From Spirogloea muscicola (Eukaryota): a stretch of 64,000 nucleotides of DNA. Positions 40,201-55,200 of this stretch are shown one piece after another. A program made the translations under genes and the position numbers. The stretch is taken from positions 99,542 through 163,541 of the forward strand of contig WELB01000004.1 of assembly GCA_009602725.1 (NCBI GenBank). Direction: 5' to 3'. The stretch's first letter is position 1. Each line of letters begins with the position of its first letter. Under the pieces are notes generated by a model. The model searched no databases. It saw only the letters and a program-made list of their open reading frames with translations, and was not told the origin of the DNA.

Positions 40201-43200
40201 TGTTTCAATGTAACAGCAAGCCCCGTAAGTTGAGATATCTGGTGGGCGAACTTGAGCATTCTCCGTCTCTGTGTCTGCTGCCAGTGCAGGAGGTGCTCTG
40301 TGTACTTCACCGAGAGGTCAACCTGCAGATGGAGGACAATGAGGCACAGGTGCAATATGCAGGCCATACAACACAGCTTTTCCAACCGATACATTAATCG
40401 AGCTTCTGGCTCGTGGCAGCCCAAGGATGCACCTGCTGGCTCAATGAGCACGATAAAAGCAACGAGTGAGAGTACCTCACGGAGGCTGAGGTCCTTGTTG
40501 AAGCTGAGAGCCCCTTGCCACAAGCTTTGGATCAGGCACATGTTCTGCAAGTAGTATGCGTCCGCCCTGCTGAAGGTGGCTGAGATTGTTGGGATGGTGG
40601 TGCCGAGGTCCAGCTGCCCATCAAGCCCGGGACTAGTGAGGCTCGCCATCTCCTCTTCCACGTGCACTGCCGGCTGCAGGTACCACGTCCTGGAGTCTCT
40701 ATCCTCCTGTGTACAACATTCGTCGGAAACACACGACAAGAACGAGCCAGTGGGCACAGATTTAAGCCCCTTTTTCTTTTGATCACAGTCCCAAAAATGG
40801 GACTCAAGTATTTGCTTGGGTCCTTACCAGAGGAACGGATGTCTTGCGGTGAGACAGGCCCACTTGGCGTAGCAGCCGCAGCAGGTCCACCAGTGCCTTC
40901 TTCTTCACATTCTTCTTCGTCTCCTTCTCCTTCAAGGCTTGGGACCTCTCGATGATAGCCTCGCTTATCTCTTCCAAAGACGTGTATCCTTCCTCTCGCC
41001 GCTGCTCAGCTGCCTGACTCAGAGCGCTGCCGTTGAGCAGCATCGCCATTTTGGCCACCAGGGACGGCAGGTGCTGCAGATAGTAAGGACCTGGAGAGGT
41101 TTGCCAATTACTTGTGGTTCAGAACACATACACAAACCTACTTGAACTTTCATGAGCGGATTGCAATGACAATGAGAATATTAACCGTGCCTGTAGGTTT
41201 GACATTTTGATGCAAGACAGCATCTTAATGTTGCTTCTTAATGTGGACAAATAAGCATTCGAAGCAGCATGCTCACAGAAGACCTTACCATTTTTCATTG
41301 TTGTCATACTGTCAGCAGCACGAGCACTATGGTTACTCAATGTCAGTGCTGTGACTTGCTCGGTCAAGCCTCGCAACATGTCTTGAAGCTCTTTCCTGCT
41401 CAAGACAGGACACTCAAGATGATGAGCAACCCAGCCTGGCAGACCCATCCACTCTGCAACTTGGAGGTAGATTAGAATCGTCCAAGGAACTTTGGCATGG
41501 ACTGAAGTCACTTGATAACAAAAACAGAGCTACCTTTCCTCCAAATTATCAGCTGGTTGTGTCAATCCTCTCCTTGTTGGAACCTTGTTAGCACTTGATG
41601 TAATAGTGACCTTGCTGGCATCCAGAGTCTCCAACTGTCCCCCTTTCTGGGACAACTTTGTCAAAAGCTGCAGCATGGGCTGTTTCAGCAGCACCTGCTC
41701 AAGACGGGCTGTCTATGCTGAGTACGATACTGCACAGCATGTGTTACCTTCCACGGCACTTCGATGAATTCAAAATAATTGCATGTACAGAATCTGCTCA
41801 GAGCTTGTTGACTACACCAATGAAAACATTCTCACAAGGCTTCCAATTGAATGACCACTGAGAACATGCTGCAAAACATGGTGCAACACATACATCAAAT
41901 TTCCTGAGGATTTTGTGGAGCTTCCGGTGGGCCTTCTCTGCAGAAGCAGCCATGGAGTAGTAGTTGCGGTCCTCCCACTTGGCCAGCCTGACAAAGTCCT
42001 TGAGTTCTCGCTCAAGCGGTCCTGTGCCAGCTGCCAAGGTGTTTCCCAGTCTGCATGCAGCTTAAACATCAGTTATCAGAAGCCGCCAACGTTGTCAAAC
42101 TCTTTGAGCACTTTCACATGGCAGATCAACGACGAGGTTGCTGCCACGCAGAGCACGACTCACTCTGGAAGGAATTGGCTGTAGTAGCTGTGCAAGTTGA
42201 AGAGAACATCTGCAATCTGTTGTTGCAGCCTTCTGCGAGCAACATGGGCACTGCCATGATGTCACTTAACTCTGCTTAACTCTCTGCGGAAACAAAAATC
42301 TGGTCTGACATTTATTCCGTCATACGATGATACACTTGCTATGAGTATGGATTTGCAGGGCAAGAATGGCAGCCTTGGGTGACGATTTCATGACGGCAAG
42401 TAAACCTCCTGTGGTACCTCTCTCTCGGGCTGTGGTTGTCAAGAATCAGCTGCTGAAGTAGCTGACGATGGAATGCAAGCAGCATCCTCAGACGCTTCTG
42501 GAAATCCCCGTAACTTGCAGTCTGCAAAAATTCCTCGAGGCTGAAAGGAAAGACAGGGTGTGCAAAGTCAGACATGGGCGTGGCATGAAGCCCTTATCAT
42601 TCTTCAAAGGTTGACATGAAGCTCAAGTCTAGCTTTACTACAGTGGATAAATCTGACCTCATGTGCCAGATTGATGCAATCTCCATGCAAAGGATACAGA
42701 TAACAGATTCAGACCTGCTCATGGTGGCCATTACATAGTCCTCTAGATCTTCTCCAACTGGGCGGTGTAAGAGGTCGTATAGCATGAACCACATCTGCCA
42801 AAGTGCATAAAGTTCCAATGTGTTATTGCAAGTCATCTTTAGTAGCAATAGAGGCAAAGTGTACATTGCCTTGCACAATCTCAGTGCACGTGCCTTTTCA
42901 GCTGCATCCTCATGCTTGCGCCGCATGCTCTCCAACATGAGCGGCCAGGATGCAAGCTCCAGCTTCCGCCACCTCATTATGATACAGGACACCTCGTCGA
43001 GCTCGGCTGTCAGGTGCACAGCACTGAAATGTGAGGGCTTTCCATTTGTACCAGCAAGTAATACACATGATGTTGAAGCTGCTCATCACTACATAAGGGA
43101 TGCCTCAGTGGGAGTGCTGCCCACGTCTCTAAACCTTGGACCTTCTGCTTCCTGCTCATGTATGAAGGCCTGCATGTCTGCATTTCCACTGCTTCCTAAT

Positions 43201-46200
43201 CTTCCTTGCTTTACTCCAGAAGTGATCTCATAAGTGATGCGCTGCAGTGGATAGAATACTACAGCTTACCAGCAAGGGAGACAAACTTGGCTGCATTCAC
43301 CTCCCAGAGCTGGGCCTTCTCCACAAGGAGCTCCAGGCCCACCAATGCCTGCGCAATGGCACAACGCCGCAAGCATAAAAGACCATAAATTGATCAATCC
43401 TGGCAGCTCATGCCCAAAAGAGCAACCATGTGGTAAGATACAGTGAGGATGGAGAAAATGACATCGCAGTAGAGAACCTTGCTGTTGGCTTGCAGTCTGC
43501 TCGAATTATCGTCCTCATTTAGTAAATCATGATACGCATAGCATGATTCGACTCACTATGTGTTGAAGCTCAGCAAAATGTGGTCACAAGGTGCACAAAG
43601 GAGTATTGTAAGGACAGCAAGCCCACCTTCATAAGAGGAGCATTTGATGTCAAGCCAAGCACACGCTCGGAGATGGCAACCAGCTGCATCAAGATTGGGT
43701 GTTCTGGCCACTCATCTAGAAGAGAACCAACTCGCTTCAACAGTGCTGCCAAGGGCTTCAGTAATAAGCTGAGCTCCGCTGCATTAATGTCCTGCATGGA
43801 ATTCAAGGAGCACAAGTGCACATCATCTTGCCATGCTGTGCTTTTAAGCTGCTTTTAAGCTTGATGACCATTTTCTAATAGACTCAAGTCAAGCGAAGAA
43901 AGTTCGGGGGGCCTTAACTCAGACGCAGATATCACGACTAGGAATATAGAAAAACAATGACACAAATCAACACTAAAGACGTTGGTTACCTGGGATGACT
44001 CGAAGCTGGGCTGACGCTCATAAGCTGGCGCTACCTTGGTAATTTGCTCGTACTCAACACAGAGGCGCAAGAGATGCCCCAGCTGTGTCTGACTGTCAAC
44101 ATCAGCACGGCCCACCATGCCAAGTGCTGCAACATTGCCAACATGTAGCATGAGCTTCAGCAATTTATGCGTTGACGAGCTCCCTAATTCTGGAGCCCTG
44201 AAGGCCCCTGATGAGAGCAAGCTGCATGAAGTGACTCCCAACAGGGTTGCAACTGTGTTACGGGAGTGATAAGACTGACAATTATCCTTTCACGAACATG
44301 TAGCACTGACTTCAGCATCTCAATATCTAGCAGATAGCTGCTAATCCCCGGAACCCTGTAGCTCCTCAAGGAGCAGGTTGCGTTTAGTGACACCAAATAC
44401 GATGCAACAGTGGGAACTGATACAAATATAGTTCAGGTATTGATACCCTTGAGAAGAAGTAAACCAACGCTGTAGGATGTAGTGAAAGAATCGAGCCTCT
44501 TGTTGCTTGGTATCACCGCATGTCCCTGAACATATGTAGTACTGCTGTATAAGGCCAAAGCTGTGCTCTGTTGGTCAAGCAGTAGACAGCTTCAACAGCT
44601 TAAGTGGCAATAACAGGTCATTTCATTCCTCGTTCCTAAATGGGACTGACCTTGCTAGTGAAGAACCAATCGTGAAGCTCAACTATACGGGCAAGCAGGT
44701 GTTCATGCAGCAACAGCCAAGTGCGGTCTGCATGATTCTCATCGTCGTTTGATTCTGAGTCCTTCATCCCGTCTGGTCTGTCTGCCCTTTCCTGTAGCAA
44801 GATTTGTGGGCAATTTGTTGGTCCAAACAATACCTTGCACTGAGTACTTATCTGCCCATTAAATAATGCATTGATGGACTTCTTTGGGCTTTTGAGTTAC
44901 ATGTTTTGTGAAAGTAAATAGTTGGACTTGAGCTGTGTGAAACTTGCTGCTTAATCAAGGAGCAGACAGTCACTCACATCATCCTCTTCAGCAGAGGCCA
45001 TCTCTGGTTGAATCAGGTCAGCATAGGCCTTCCGATGATTGCCAAATTGCGCTTGGTAAGCCGCTTCGTCCAACTCATCCTCAGTCTCCAGAGTGGTTGT
45101 CTGCACCTTGTATCTGTATTCCTCCTCCTGCGCCAGCTCCTTTGCCCTCCTACTTTCCTTCATGGTGCTCCAAATGTCTGCAAAGTGCTTCATTGTCTTT
45201 CCAACAATCTGGGGCAACCCAGATGCAATCGGATCAGCGGCCGTACTGCGAAGCTCCAGCATGCATGCAGTCAACAAAACCAGGTAGCACTTCAGGCGAC
45301 GCCCACCTTGTCAATGAGCCACTTCATAGCTACTTGAATGACTAGTATACCTGGATGGCTGAGCAGCTCTTAAACCCTGCATGAATGCTCCGATGAGCAA
45401 TCTGAGTGAGGGAGACGTGAAGCAGGCTCAGCTCCAGCTCAAGAACAACATCCTGCAGACAGTCAATCCAATGGTGAATTGTACATCCTGCCTTTTTCCT
45501 GATTCTGCTTGGTTGTCAGTTAGTGGACGATTCACAAAGAACTGCATCTTCATGCTACGACCCACACTCTGCCCTTATAAACTGTGTGATGGCTTCAACA
45601 AGTGGAGAGTTGTTTCTTCACAGGCAAGCTCTGAAGTGCTTGAAACTTTGTTTCTCATCATCAGCCAAACGGAAGACCATTGCTTTGCTGAAGCCTTGGT
45701 TGATATCAAACTGGACGCCACACATTCTGAGAACTCATATGCTCGTGTGTAGCAAGTTGGTGAAATGGAGATGCCAGCTGACACCCCCTCCGCAAGCCGT
45801 GCAAGTCATGACTGCAACTCATGACTGTACTTCTAATGGGGTACTCACTCATCTAACGGTGTACCCAGAACCCTTATGCCCACCCTGCTTCAATGGGTGA
45901 AGGAGAATTAACTGTAAGAGTCTGCCACCGTCCTTGATACATTGATGAGATGGTCAAGTGTAATACACTTGTCCACAACAGCAGAAGTTGAGAAATTCAA
46001 ACCTTATCTGTAGATGCTGACAGCTGGCAGAGAGCTCCTTTTGTTTCTTCAGTCAGCAGCTCTGACAAAGCATCTTCTGGCAGCTCCAGTGATGTGCAAG
46101 TACTTTGGCTTGCTTGGACCACTTTGGGCTCCATGATGACATGTGGGAATCCCATGAGCTTGATGAGCAGGTCCTGTTTGACCAAGGGCAAGCGACCCAG

Positions 46201-49200
46201 CAGAAGTAAACGGGTTTCAGAGGGAGAACTCTTATCTCAAAGAACTAAGGTTGTTCCAGCCCAGATCATCAACAAAATTTGTCATCGGCAGTGCAAGGCA
46301 GTTGCAGTGGGAGCACAAGGTCACCGTATGCCAATGAGTGGAACTTACGTTCAGTCTCTGATGCTGGCCTGTTGAAACGGCGTGAAGGAGCATGATGCTG
46401 GACCCGTACATGAGCTCGTACAGAGCCAGCTGGATGGGCTGACAGATGTCTCGGTACATTGGGTAGTGCGTTGATAAGTGACTGATGAACTGAGCGATCG
46501 TGCCCTGAAAAACACCACAACAATGTGTACCCAATGATCAACACTCCTGTCAGTACTTATAATTATGTGCACGAGGAGATGAAGAGCAACCCGGTATGCA
46601 GAACAACAGTCAGACTCGAACTGCCACACGAGGTCATTGAGATAGCCTAAGCACTCCACCTGCCACGTTGAGATCTCCTGAAAAATCTGTGCCTCTGTTG
46701 CACCAGAGTACCCTTCCAGGCGATCGATGACATTCTGGACCTTGTGGCTGCTGGCTGAGGTGGCAAGGAAGCGAGTAACGTCCTCAAAAAGGGCATGAAA
46801 TTGTGGAGGGCTGGGTCTCAGGCATACCTGTTGCAGCTCGCGCATCAACAATGTTACAGGCTCAGTCAGCATAGGTAGCCATGTCTAGACGTCGTGGTGA
46901 ATGTAGTGGTCAGGATGATGCTTTGAAGTTGTCTAATTCTCCAACAACTCACAGTCGAGCAGAGGATGCTTGAGACTGGAGGAATCAGGTGTCAGCAGAA
47001 GCTTCACTTGGGCAGTTGCATTGCAAGTGATGCTACAAAGCTTCACAGGCGTACCTGCTTGGACAGCTCAGCGATTTCTCTTTGGAGCCGAGCTGCCTGA
47101 CTGATGAGAGCCCTCACTTTTCTGGAGCCCAGCTGCCCACTTCTCAGGCCTTCAGATGCCTCTCGCACCTGCAGCCATCACAATACAGGCATTGGGTTGC
47201 CTCATCATGTATACATCACGCTCAATATGAATCTGCCAGGTCTCAGAATGCAAGCTCTTGAGTGACATGGTTTGAAACATCTCAGCCAAGACAAGCAGCA
47301 TATACAAGTCGTCATTGAGAAAATTTGCACTTACAACAATCTCAACGCGCAATGCAGACAACTTCCTCTCCAGGTGCTCCTTCTCAAAAGCAATTCTGGC
47401 AGCTGGATCGCATCCATCGGCGGGCAATAGCAGGTGGAGTCGTGCAGCACCGAGAAGAGTCCATACTTTTCCTCGACTTCCGTCTGAACTTTGAGAGCCT
47501 ATATCTGTACAACCGCAGGTATCGTTACTATGCTGCCCTTCACTTGCCAACACGTTATTTTCCATGATTGGCACAATTGACACACATGTAAGATGCTGAG
47601 GTACTATACCACGCACTGGGCTTGTATCTCACACCTTCAGGCAGAGTGCTTGTCCAAGCTGTGCCGTGGAGAATTGTGGCACAAGGAACGATAAATGTTT
47701 GCGACACTGCTCGGAGTTTAGCATGCGTAGATCGGCTCAATATTGCAGCCAGGTCAGGAATTCGCTGCATGGGCTCTGTCAGTTCCTGTAGTCAAGCACA
47801 ACAGGCAAACTCTTAAAGTCAAGCATCACTGCAAATCATGTTACTAAATCTAGCAAAGCTTACACCCCAGCTTGCACCCCACTACTACACAAGTACCTGG
47901 ACAATGCCAGCATGAAGCTCTGCCATAAGTGGGCCGATGGCGTCCACATCCTGGGAGGCGAATGAGGCCCTATGCGACCAGATTGTCTGTGAGACAGTGT
48001 TGTCAGCACGTGATGAGAGAGCTGTCTGCAACTCAGCCTTAGTAAGGCTCTCAGTGAGTGCAGCCATGATTTGTCATTGCACCAGCTACTAGATTGACCA
48101 CCAATATTGGCTGCTATAGCTTGATGTGAAGGACAATGACGGACATACGACATGCTGCATGCTTTATTCAGCTTTAGCAGTCTGAAAGCTCCGCAAAGGT
48201 GAGGAGCACTATCACCCTGACCTCCATGAAGAGATGGCTTGCATTTCCCAGGTCCAGTGTTGCTAAGTCCAACTTTTCTTCACTTGCTCCCTGCCACAGG
48301 TGTTGAGCAGCCAGCTGCAGTTGGTGTCGCCTTGCAGTGTGATCCTTGATAGGTGTTGCTCCTGTCATCCTGCAGTACCAGGGAAAGCTTTTAAGTACTT
48401 GTAACACCTACAAATGGTATACATTGCAGGACAGTGGGCATGCATCGGAGCAGGACAAATGTCTCACAGCAGTGAAGCAGTGAAGGTAGTCCGTGAGCTT
48501 TGATACAGCCTCGCAGGCCCTGCGGTTGCTGCAAATTGTGCAAGCTGCTGCAGAACAGACCATTACACAGTGCATATCAGCAGCGCTTCGTCATAGTAGC
48601 ACCGCCCAGCAGGGGCAGGCGACAAGTGTGCGCCCAAGCAGCTCGCCACCAGGACCCAACGTGCTCATTGGACATCGAGGACCCAGATACTGCAGTCAGC
48701 TTAGGCATTCAAGATTCTAAGATTGCTCTAATGGACAAATCTAAAAAATGAGGAATTCTATTGGTAGCACATATCAGATAGAGTGAGCATGGCAGTGATC
48801 ATCCAGGCAGCTGCAACTAAGGAGAAGGCACCAACCCTGCTCCCTGCTCCAAGCAGGAGGCCCTGCTCCAAGACAGGATCCTGGTCGTTGACAAGTGACG
48901 GTGGCACATTGGCCAATGTGTTCTGCCAATTAGCTGCATGCCACCGGTACCACAGCTCCTGCACCATCACTCGCATAACCTGGGCATCGCCTGCTGTGTC
49001 TGCACGTCAAGGAACGTGCAAGTGTACGGAATGAGCTTGTTGAAGGTCTTTTTTCCGCATGCCAAGCAAATCTCTGCAAAGATGGGTAAGATCTCCCAGA
49101 ATCTCCCAGCTGACCATTGTATTATACCGTTGAAACCAAGATTCAACGTAGACAACTGGGATGCATTATGATGCTGGGTGCAACACAACGCCTTTCGGGG

Positions 49201-52200
49201 GGCAGCCAAGCACCTGAGACTTGCTGGCTTTGGCGAGCCTGCATGACCCAGATGAGGTGCTGGTGGGGCACAAAGCCTGCTGGCGATCGAGATGACGTTG
49301 CCAATCCATAATCCAGCGCCTGCTTCAAGTCTTCAATAGTTACCTGCCAATTCAACAAGCAAGGTCTTCGGGCGGCCAATTCGATGATGAAACATGCAAA
49401 AGCAATTTTTGGAAAGAAGTATCATAGTCATGCAAAGCTGGATCTAAATTGCTGAATGGAGCAAGTAAGTACCTGATCGTATGTGCACTGGTGGGCGTCC
49501 ATGCCATTGTTGGAGCAGACATACACGGCCTTCGCAAGCCTCGCGAGCAAATCCAGGTCTCTCACCAGCGTTGTCTGGTCCAGCAGCGGCAGCAACTGGT
49601 ACCACAGTGTCCTCGAGCTGGGCCACCTCAGCAGGCTGGCTGGGAATCGCAGCGGGCCTAACTGTTCCCGCCGATTGTCCGCCACAGACTCCGTGGTCGG
49701 GACAAGGTCACACCAATGAGGTGCAGAGTAACTGGCCCTCTCCGCTTGTACACGCTCCTCAAGAAGCTGCAGCGAACTTCAAAGCTGTTAGCGCTGAGCT
49801 GCAGTAAGCTGTGCCGAGGTACTGCCAGACAATTAAGACTGGTTTCGTGGTAAGTGACTGGGGCCTTATGAGAGAAGCAGGAGTGACGTACCTCCCACGA
49901 CCTGAGGAGGACGCCAACTTCGAAGGTCCTCTCAGGAACCAGGGAGCACGTCTTGGCGTCTGCCCTGAGCTGGCTGTACCAGCGCAGTAGGGAAAGGCCT
50001 TCCAAGGCCAACCAGCGCGTGCGCGTGCTGGTGCTCGCAACCCATGCTCTGTCACCATCTGCCAGCCATGTTTCTCAATGTCAGGACAAGACCCAAAAGG
50101 ACAGGTATTTGAGCAATTGCTGTGCTGCTGTGTCCATCCTCCTTGATAAAAGCCGGCAACTTGGTACCTGGCAGAGGGTGGGTGCTGAGACTTTCGCAGA
50201 CTGCCAGCAACCGGGCGTCCTCCTCAAAGAGCTCCAGCGAGGGTGCCACAGGAGGGTGACCGCCGTGTTCCCACAGCAGCGGCTGACCAGCTGGGCCACC
50301 GGCAAGTCCCCAGGCTTGGTCCAACATGTGTGCAACTTGTGTCACGCCCTGGACCTGCATGTCAGATCACATCTTTCTGAGCATGTCTATCATGTCAAGC
50401 TTTTAGTGTTGTATAGACGTGCCAGTCTGCAGGCTTTCTTGGCTGAAAGAAAACAGGGCAAGAACCTCGAGAGCAAAGTGTGAGCGTACCCGATTATCAA
50501 GCTCAGAAAATCCCATCTGCTTGACACAGCCGAGCAGCTCCATCAGGGCTGCCTTGAGGCTCCGCCATGTGAGCAGGAAAGCTGTCTTGTCGAGCTCCAG
50601 CTCGCAGACAAGGCGCCACATCGCCGCATGCCACTCGAGCACCGCAACGAACGCGACATGCAGCTGGGGACTCCAGGCATTGCTCACAGCCTCTACAAGA
50701 GCGGCCTCCTCGAGCTGCCGGAGGCTGCAGAAGAGCGGGTACAGGACCGCCACCATGGCATGCGAGGCCTGAAACATCCCCCTTTCGTCCAGCCGTGTGC
50801 AGTACCGGAAAGACTGTTGGATGGTGCTCCCGCCCGCCCCCTGCGGCACTGCTCTCAGGACGTCGGCCTCCTCTAGGCCCTGCCAAAGGGTGGCTCGCAG
50901 CGCCTCCAGAGCTCGCATGAGGTTGGCGCTCTCAGCTGGCTGCTGCTTCAGGACCTCCATTGAGATTGGGTGCGCCAGCTCTGCGGCATATGCTGTAGCT
51001 AGCCGCCCGGGCATGCTGGCAGCACCACTTGTTGTGCCCTGCAGGACTGTCGCCCATGCCTCCAGCATCTGCAGCCTTATTGGAGCATCAGCTGAATCTG
51101 CGAGCTCTACAAACCACAGCCCAGCATATCGCAGCTGAAGGTCCTCCGCCTCGGCAGCTCGACAGGGCACCTCTTCCTGAGGCCCCAGAAGGTGGGACTG
51201 GAGAATGTCGGCAGGGACAAAGCGAGTCAGAAACATCTGCCGTTGTTGCCACTGAGAGGCAGCCCTCTCGGGACCCTGCTGCTGCACCAGGTCGCGCCAG
51301 AGTGCCGAAGCACATCGCACAATGCTCGTCACCGCGGTAACCGCCAGGAGATGGCCCTCGCTCAAGACTCTGGTGGCCTCTGGATCCTGCAGCAACGCCT
51401 GCAGCGGTACTGCCAAGGAAACGCTAAGGGCTTCTGGCACACCAATCTGACCATCATGCATGTGGCGATCGAAAACGTGTTGCAGCGCCGAGAAATCAAG
51501 TGTGCCGCTGGAGTGACGCCGGTAAGTGTGCAGCCACCCAGATGCCAAGCTGCGGTCTGAGGGTGTGCCCTGCACCAGGAGCGCGGACGTCAGGGAGGCC
51601 CAGTGAGCGAGCTCACGCGTGGTCACAGTCCTGCTCAAGGCCTGGGCCTCTTCGTGCGCGCCGCTCATGGCCACTGGAAGATGCCAGCCCGGGATGCCGG
51701 CCAGTGCCAGGATGCGCAAGCTGTCCCTGAAGCTGGTGTCTGTGGGTGTCAGTGACAGTGGGCCTTCGGTGCGCCGGTACAAGCCAAGGTCCACCAGCAG
51801 CTGGCAGCTGGTGTTACTGTGGGCGTCGAGGACAGCACCAACGGGTTCCTCGGGGCCATCCTTCTGCCAGTTGGGCGGGAGGAGGAATATCTCAACGCCA
51901 CGATTGCGCATGGCGCGAGACACCTCGCCTGCCGCAGGGTCCATGAGGAGGAAGAGGCGGAAGCGCGGGTGCGCCGTGGCAACCACGGCACGGCCTTCCA
52001 CCATGCCGCGCTCGTTCACCAGGATGCAGCCGCCCGGCTCCAGAAGGGGGTTCAGCCTGTCCAGCACCTGGAGTGCAGGAGCAAACACATAAGGACTTAT
52101 CACATCAATCTCATGTCTGATTGTGCAACGAGGCCACTGCCCTCTGAGATAACAAACTTGCATCATACTGCCGGTTGGGGCCTAGTCCTTACGCTTGGAT

Positions 52201-55200
52201 TGCAGAAGTTAGCGTTGTCAAGGACAACCCAGTCGCCTCGTTCGAGGGCCTTAAGCAGCACGCCATCCACCCACTGAAAGCGTCCCACGTTGCTCACGCT
52301 GGCAGCCTCTCTCAGAGCACATAGCTCCGCCCTCAGCTCTGTGACAGGAGCTGAAATTGCTTCCAAATCGCTGTACTTGGCAACAGTCTCAAGCTCCTCC
52401 ATCACGCTGTCCAACGCCAAAAATTTTTCCACCCTGACTTGCTCCTCTGGCTTGCTGCTCAAGTCCGTGTCTTGCTCAGCACAATGTGCCTTCTGCTTGA
52501 AGCTGGCCCACAGCCCCTGTGACACGGCGTGCCCCAAGCCATTGGTCACAGTGAGTCTACTGAAACGAGCCATGTCTTCAAGCCTTAACCATGCACGCTC
52601 ATGGGCACAAGAGCAGGTCCTTGGCTCCTCACACTTGGACAAGAAGATGGGCTGAAGGCTGCCATGATGTACAAAGCTCACCTGCAGCCTCTGATAGCTC
52701 TGGAGACGCTGTTGATGCAGACTGCTACTGGTCCGAGCATCTTCGGCTGACGACAATAAGGTGCCGCAGGCAGACTCCACCGCTTCCGCCACCCTGCCTT
52801 CGAGGTGGCGCAGAGCCTGCGACATGTCGCGCTGCTCAAAGCAGCCCAAGAGCTCCGTGGTGTCCGTGCCGCTCGTGAGCGCGTACTCGTGGCAGCGTAC
52901 GCCGGCGAGGCGGGCGAGCAGGCGCACCAGGGACGTCTTGCCGCTTGCTGCCGGCCCAACGATGATGGACATCCAGCCCTGACGAACGACATGCGCCAGA
53001 TTCTCCAGTGCGTTCATGGCGCCCGGCAGAAGCTGTGGAGGCGCAGCTGCCGGCTCGGACGCCCCGCAGGTCCCCTGCATGCGCTGGATTACTGCCAAGC
53101 CAACTCGGAGCTCCTCGGAGGTCAGGACGAGTCTTGGATGGGTCTCAATCTGCAAGTTCTCCTGGAAGACCCGCTGGAAAAGCGCGAGCACCTGGCGGCG
53201 GTCCTCGGCCGTCCGCATGCGCTGGAGGTACACAAGGTCGAGAAATTGCGCTGGGCTCCCGTTGGGTCCTTCTGGGAGAGGATCCAAATGCATGTGCATC
53301 CAAAAAAATTCATCAATGGCAGAATTACATTACGTTACGATACTTCACATCACATCACAATCAAACACTTCATGACCATCTGTAACTGCACAAGCAGCAG
53401 GATCTTGCAGCAATGGCGTTGTCAAAAAAGAGCAGGGTGAAGTCGAGCGTCCCACTGACCTTGCTCAAGGAGGCTGCACCACCGAAGCACGTCTCGCAAA
53501 TTGAACTCCCACGGGGCCCCGGCATGGCCATATTTCCTGGCTACCATCGTATCCTGGTACAGCTGCTGGTTGAACTCGATCATCTTGAGAAGCTGCTGCT
53601 CAGGGAGTCCAGGGTGAAGGGCTGCTGCGATGAAATGTAGGTCTTGGCTCTCCAAGAGCTCCACGTAGACCTGCAATAGTAGTAACAATGATAAGGAAAG
53701 AAATATGAGCTAGCATCACCCAATTGATATTCTTGGTTGCATCTTTGGGCAACCATCTCGGCAAGTCCTACCCGGTGATGAGACAGCCTCAAGATTGTTG
53801 TAGATTGAGATTGTTGTGACTGAAAAGTTTTCCTCAGAAGGCATTCAAGGTGCTAATTCATGACCTTGGTGAATCGATTGAGGAACGATCTGGGAAGCCC
53901 CTTCCGTCCGCCTCCCTGCTGCAACGGGTTCTGGCAGGCAAAGATCCGGAAGGAAGGGGGGCACTTGACGGACTCTCCAAGTTCTGGAATGAACACCTCC
54001 GCTCGATGATCCAGGCAAGCATTCAAGCCCTGGCAATTCCCCAACTACCTGTCAGTACAGCCTGGCTTACATGATACAAGCTTCTTACAGAGGCTCAGCC
54101 AAGGAAGGAAAGCTGATACCAAAGGAGCAATGTAATACATGAGGCCAAATATTGAAGGAAGCTGCTGCTGTGAGGAGTCAAGACAAGCTAAGTTCCACAA
54201 TGAGTACGTGGCATCTTCAAGGCATGTATTACTTGCTCAAATGAGGACAGGACAATTACCTCCAAGATCGACTGGGAGGCCAGGTTGAGCTCGTCGAGGA
54301 GCACCCAGTCGCCCGCCTTCAGAGCCTGTCAAGCAGTTATTGGAATTGGTTGCTCTACTGAGGTAAGGTTCTTCCAGAGGGGCGATGGTATAGTTGGCCT
54401 GCTCAATGATTGTGGACAAGAAACCAAGGAGACGGAAGGCGTATACCACTCAAGAGATTACTTGACCACTACGGAATGGCGGCTCCATGGCACTAGTCAG
54501 CAGCCCCAAGTAGGAAATCATGACATCCATCAATTCAAGAATGTCACGGCACCAAAAGTATATATTGCCTCATTAGGCCATAAGGCTGCTCCAGTCCAGC
54601 CAAGCAAACCTGAAGGAAGACGCCATCAGACCATGCGAACTCGCCCCCTTGACCACCGTCCACAGGCAGATCAGTCCCCAGTAAGTCCATCATGTCGGTC
54701 TGCACTTCCTCATGAAGGCAACAGATGTAAGCGCCTCGACCTCTACATGCTAGCACCAGCAGTTCTAGACCTTAAAATGTGACTCAACAAGCACTACCTT
54801 AGCACCTCTAAGTGCAGATTAGGCTAGCTGTCAAGTAACCAGGAGGTGAATGGAATGGACCTGCTCTGAGAGATTAATGCGCACAAGTCGATGGCCTGAT
54901 GCGGCGGCAATGGCTGACACCAGACTGGTCTTGCCGATCCCTGGGCTGCCCTCAACTAAAACTGCAGTGATGAGGAGCACAAGCTGGTCCTCAGACAATC
55001 AAACTCAGACCAGACTGTTTGCACCACTGGTTGTACAAGGTATGCTTATGAGAATGCTTGGCATGGAGATGATGCATATGTTCTTTCGTTATGGTCTGTA
55101 AGCAAGGCATATGACAGTCTAGACATTCGGACGTCCTTCCAATGCTTATATCTTCCATTGCTTTAACGCGCTCACAGTCAAGTGAACATGTGGCATCAAT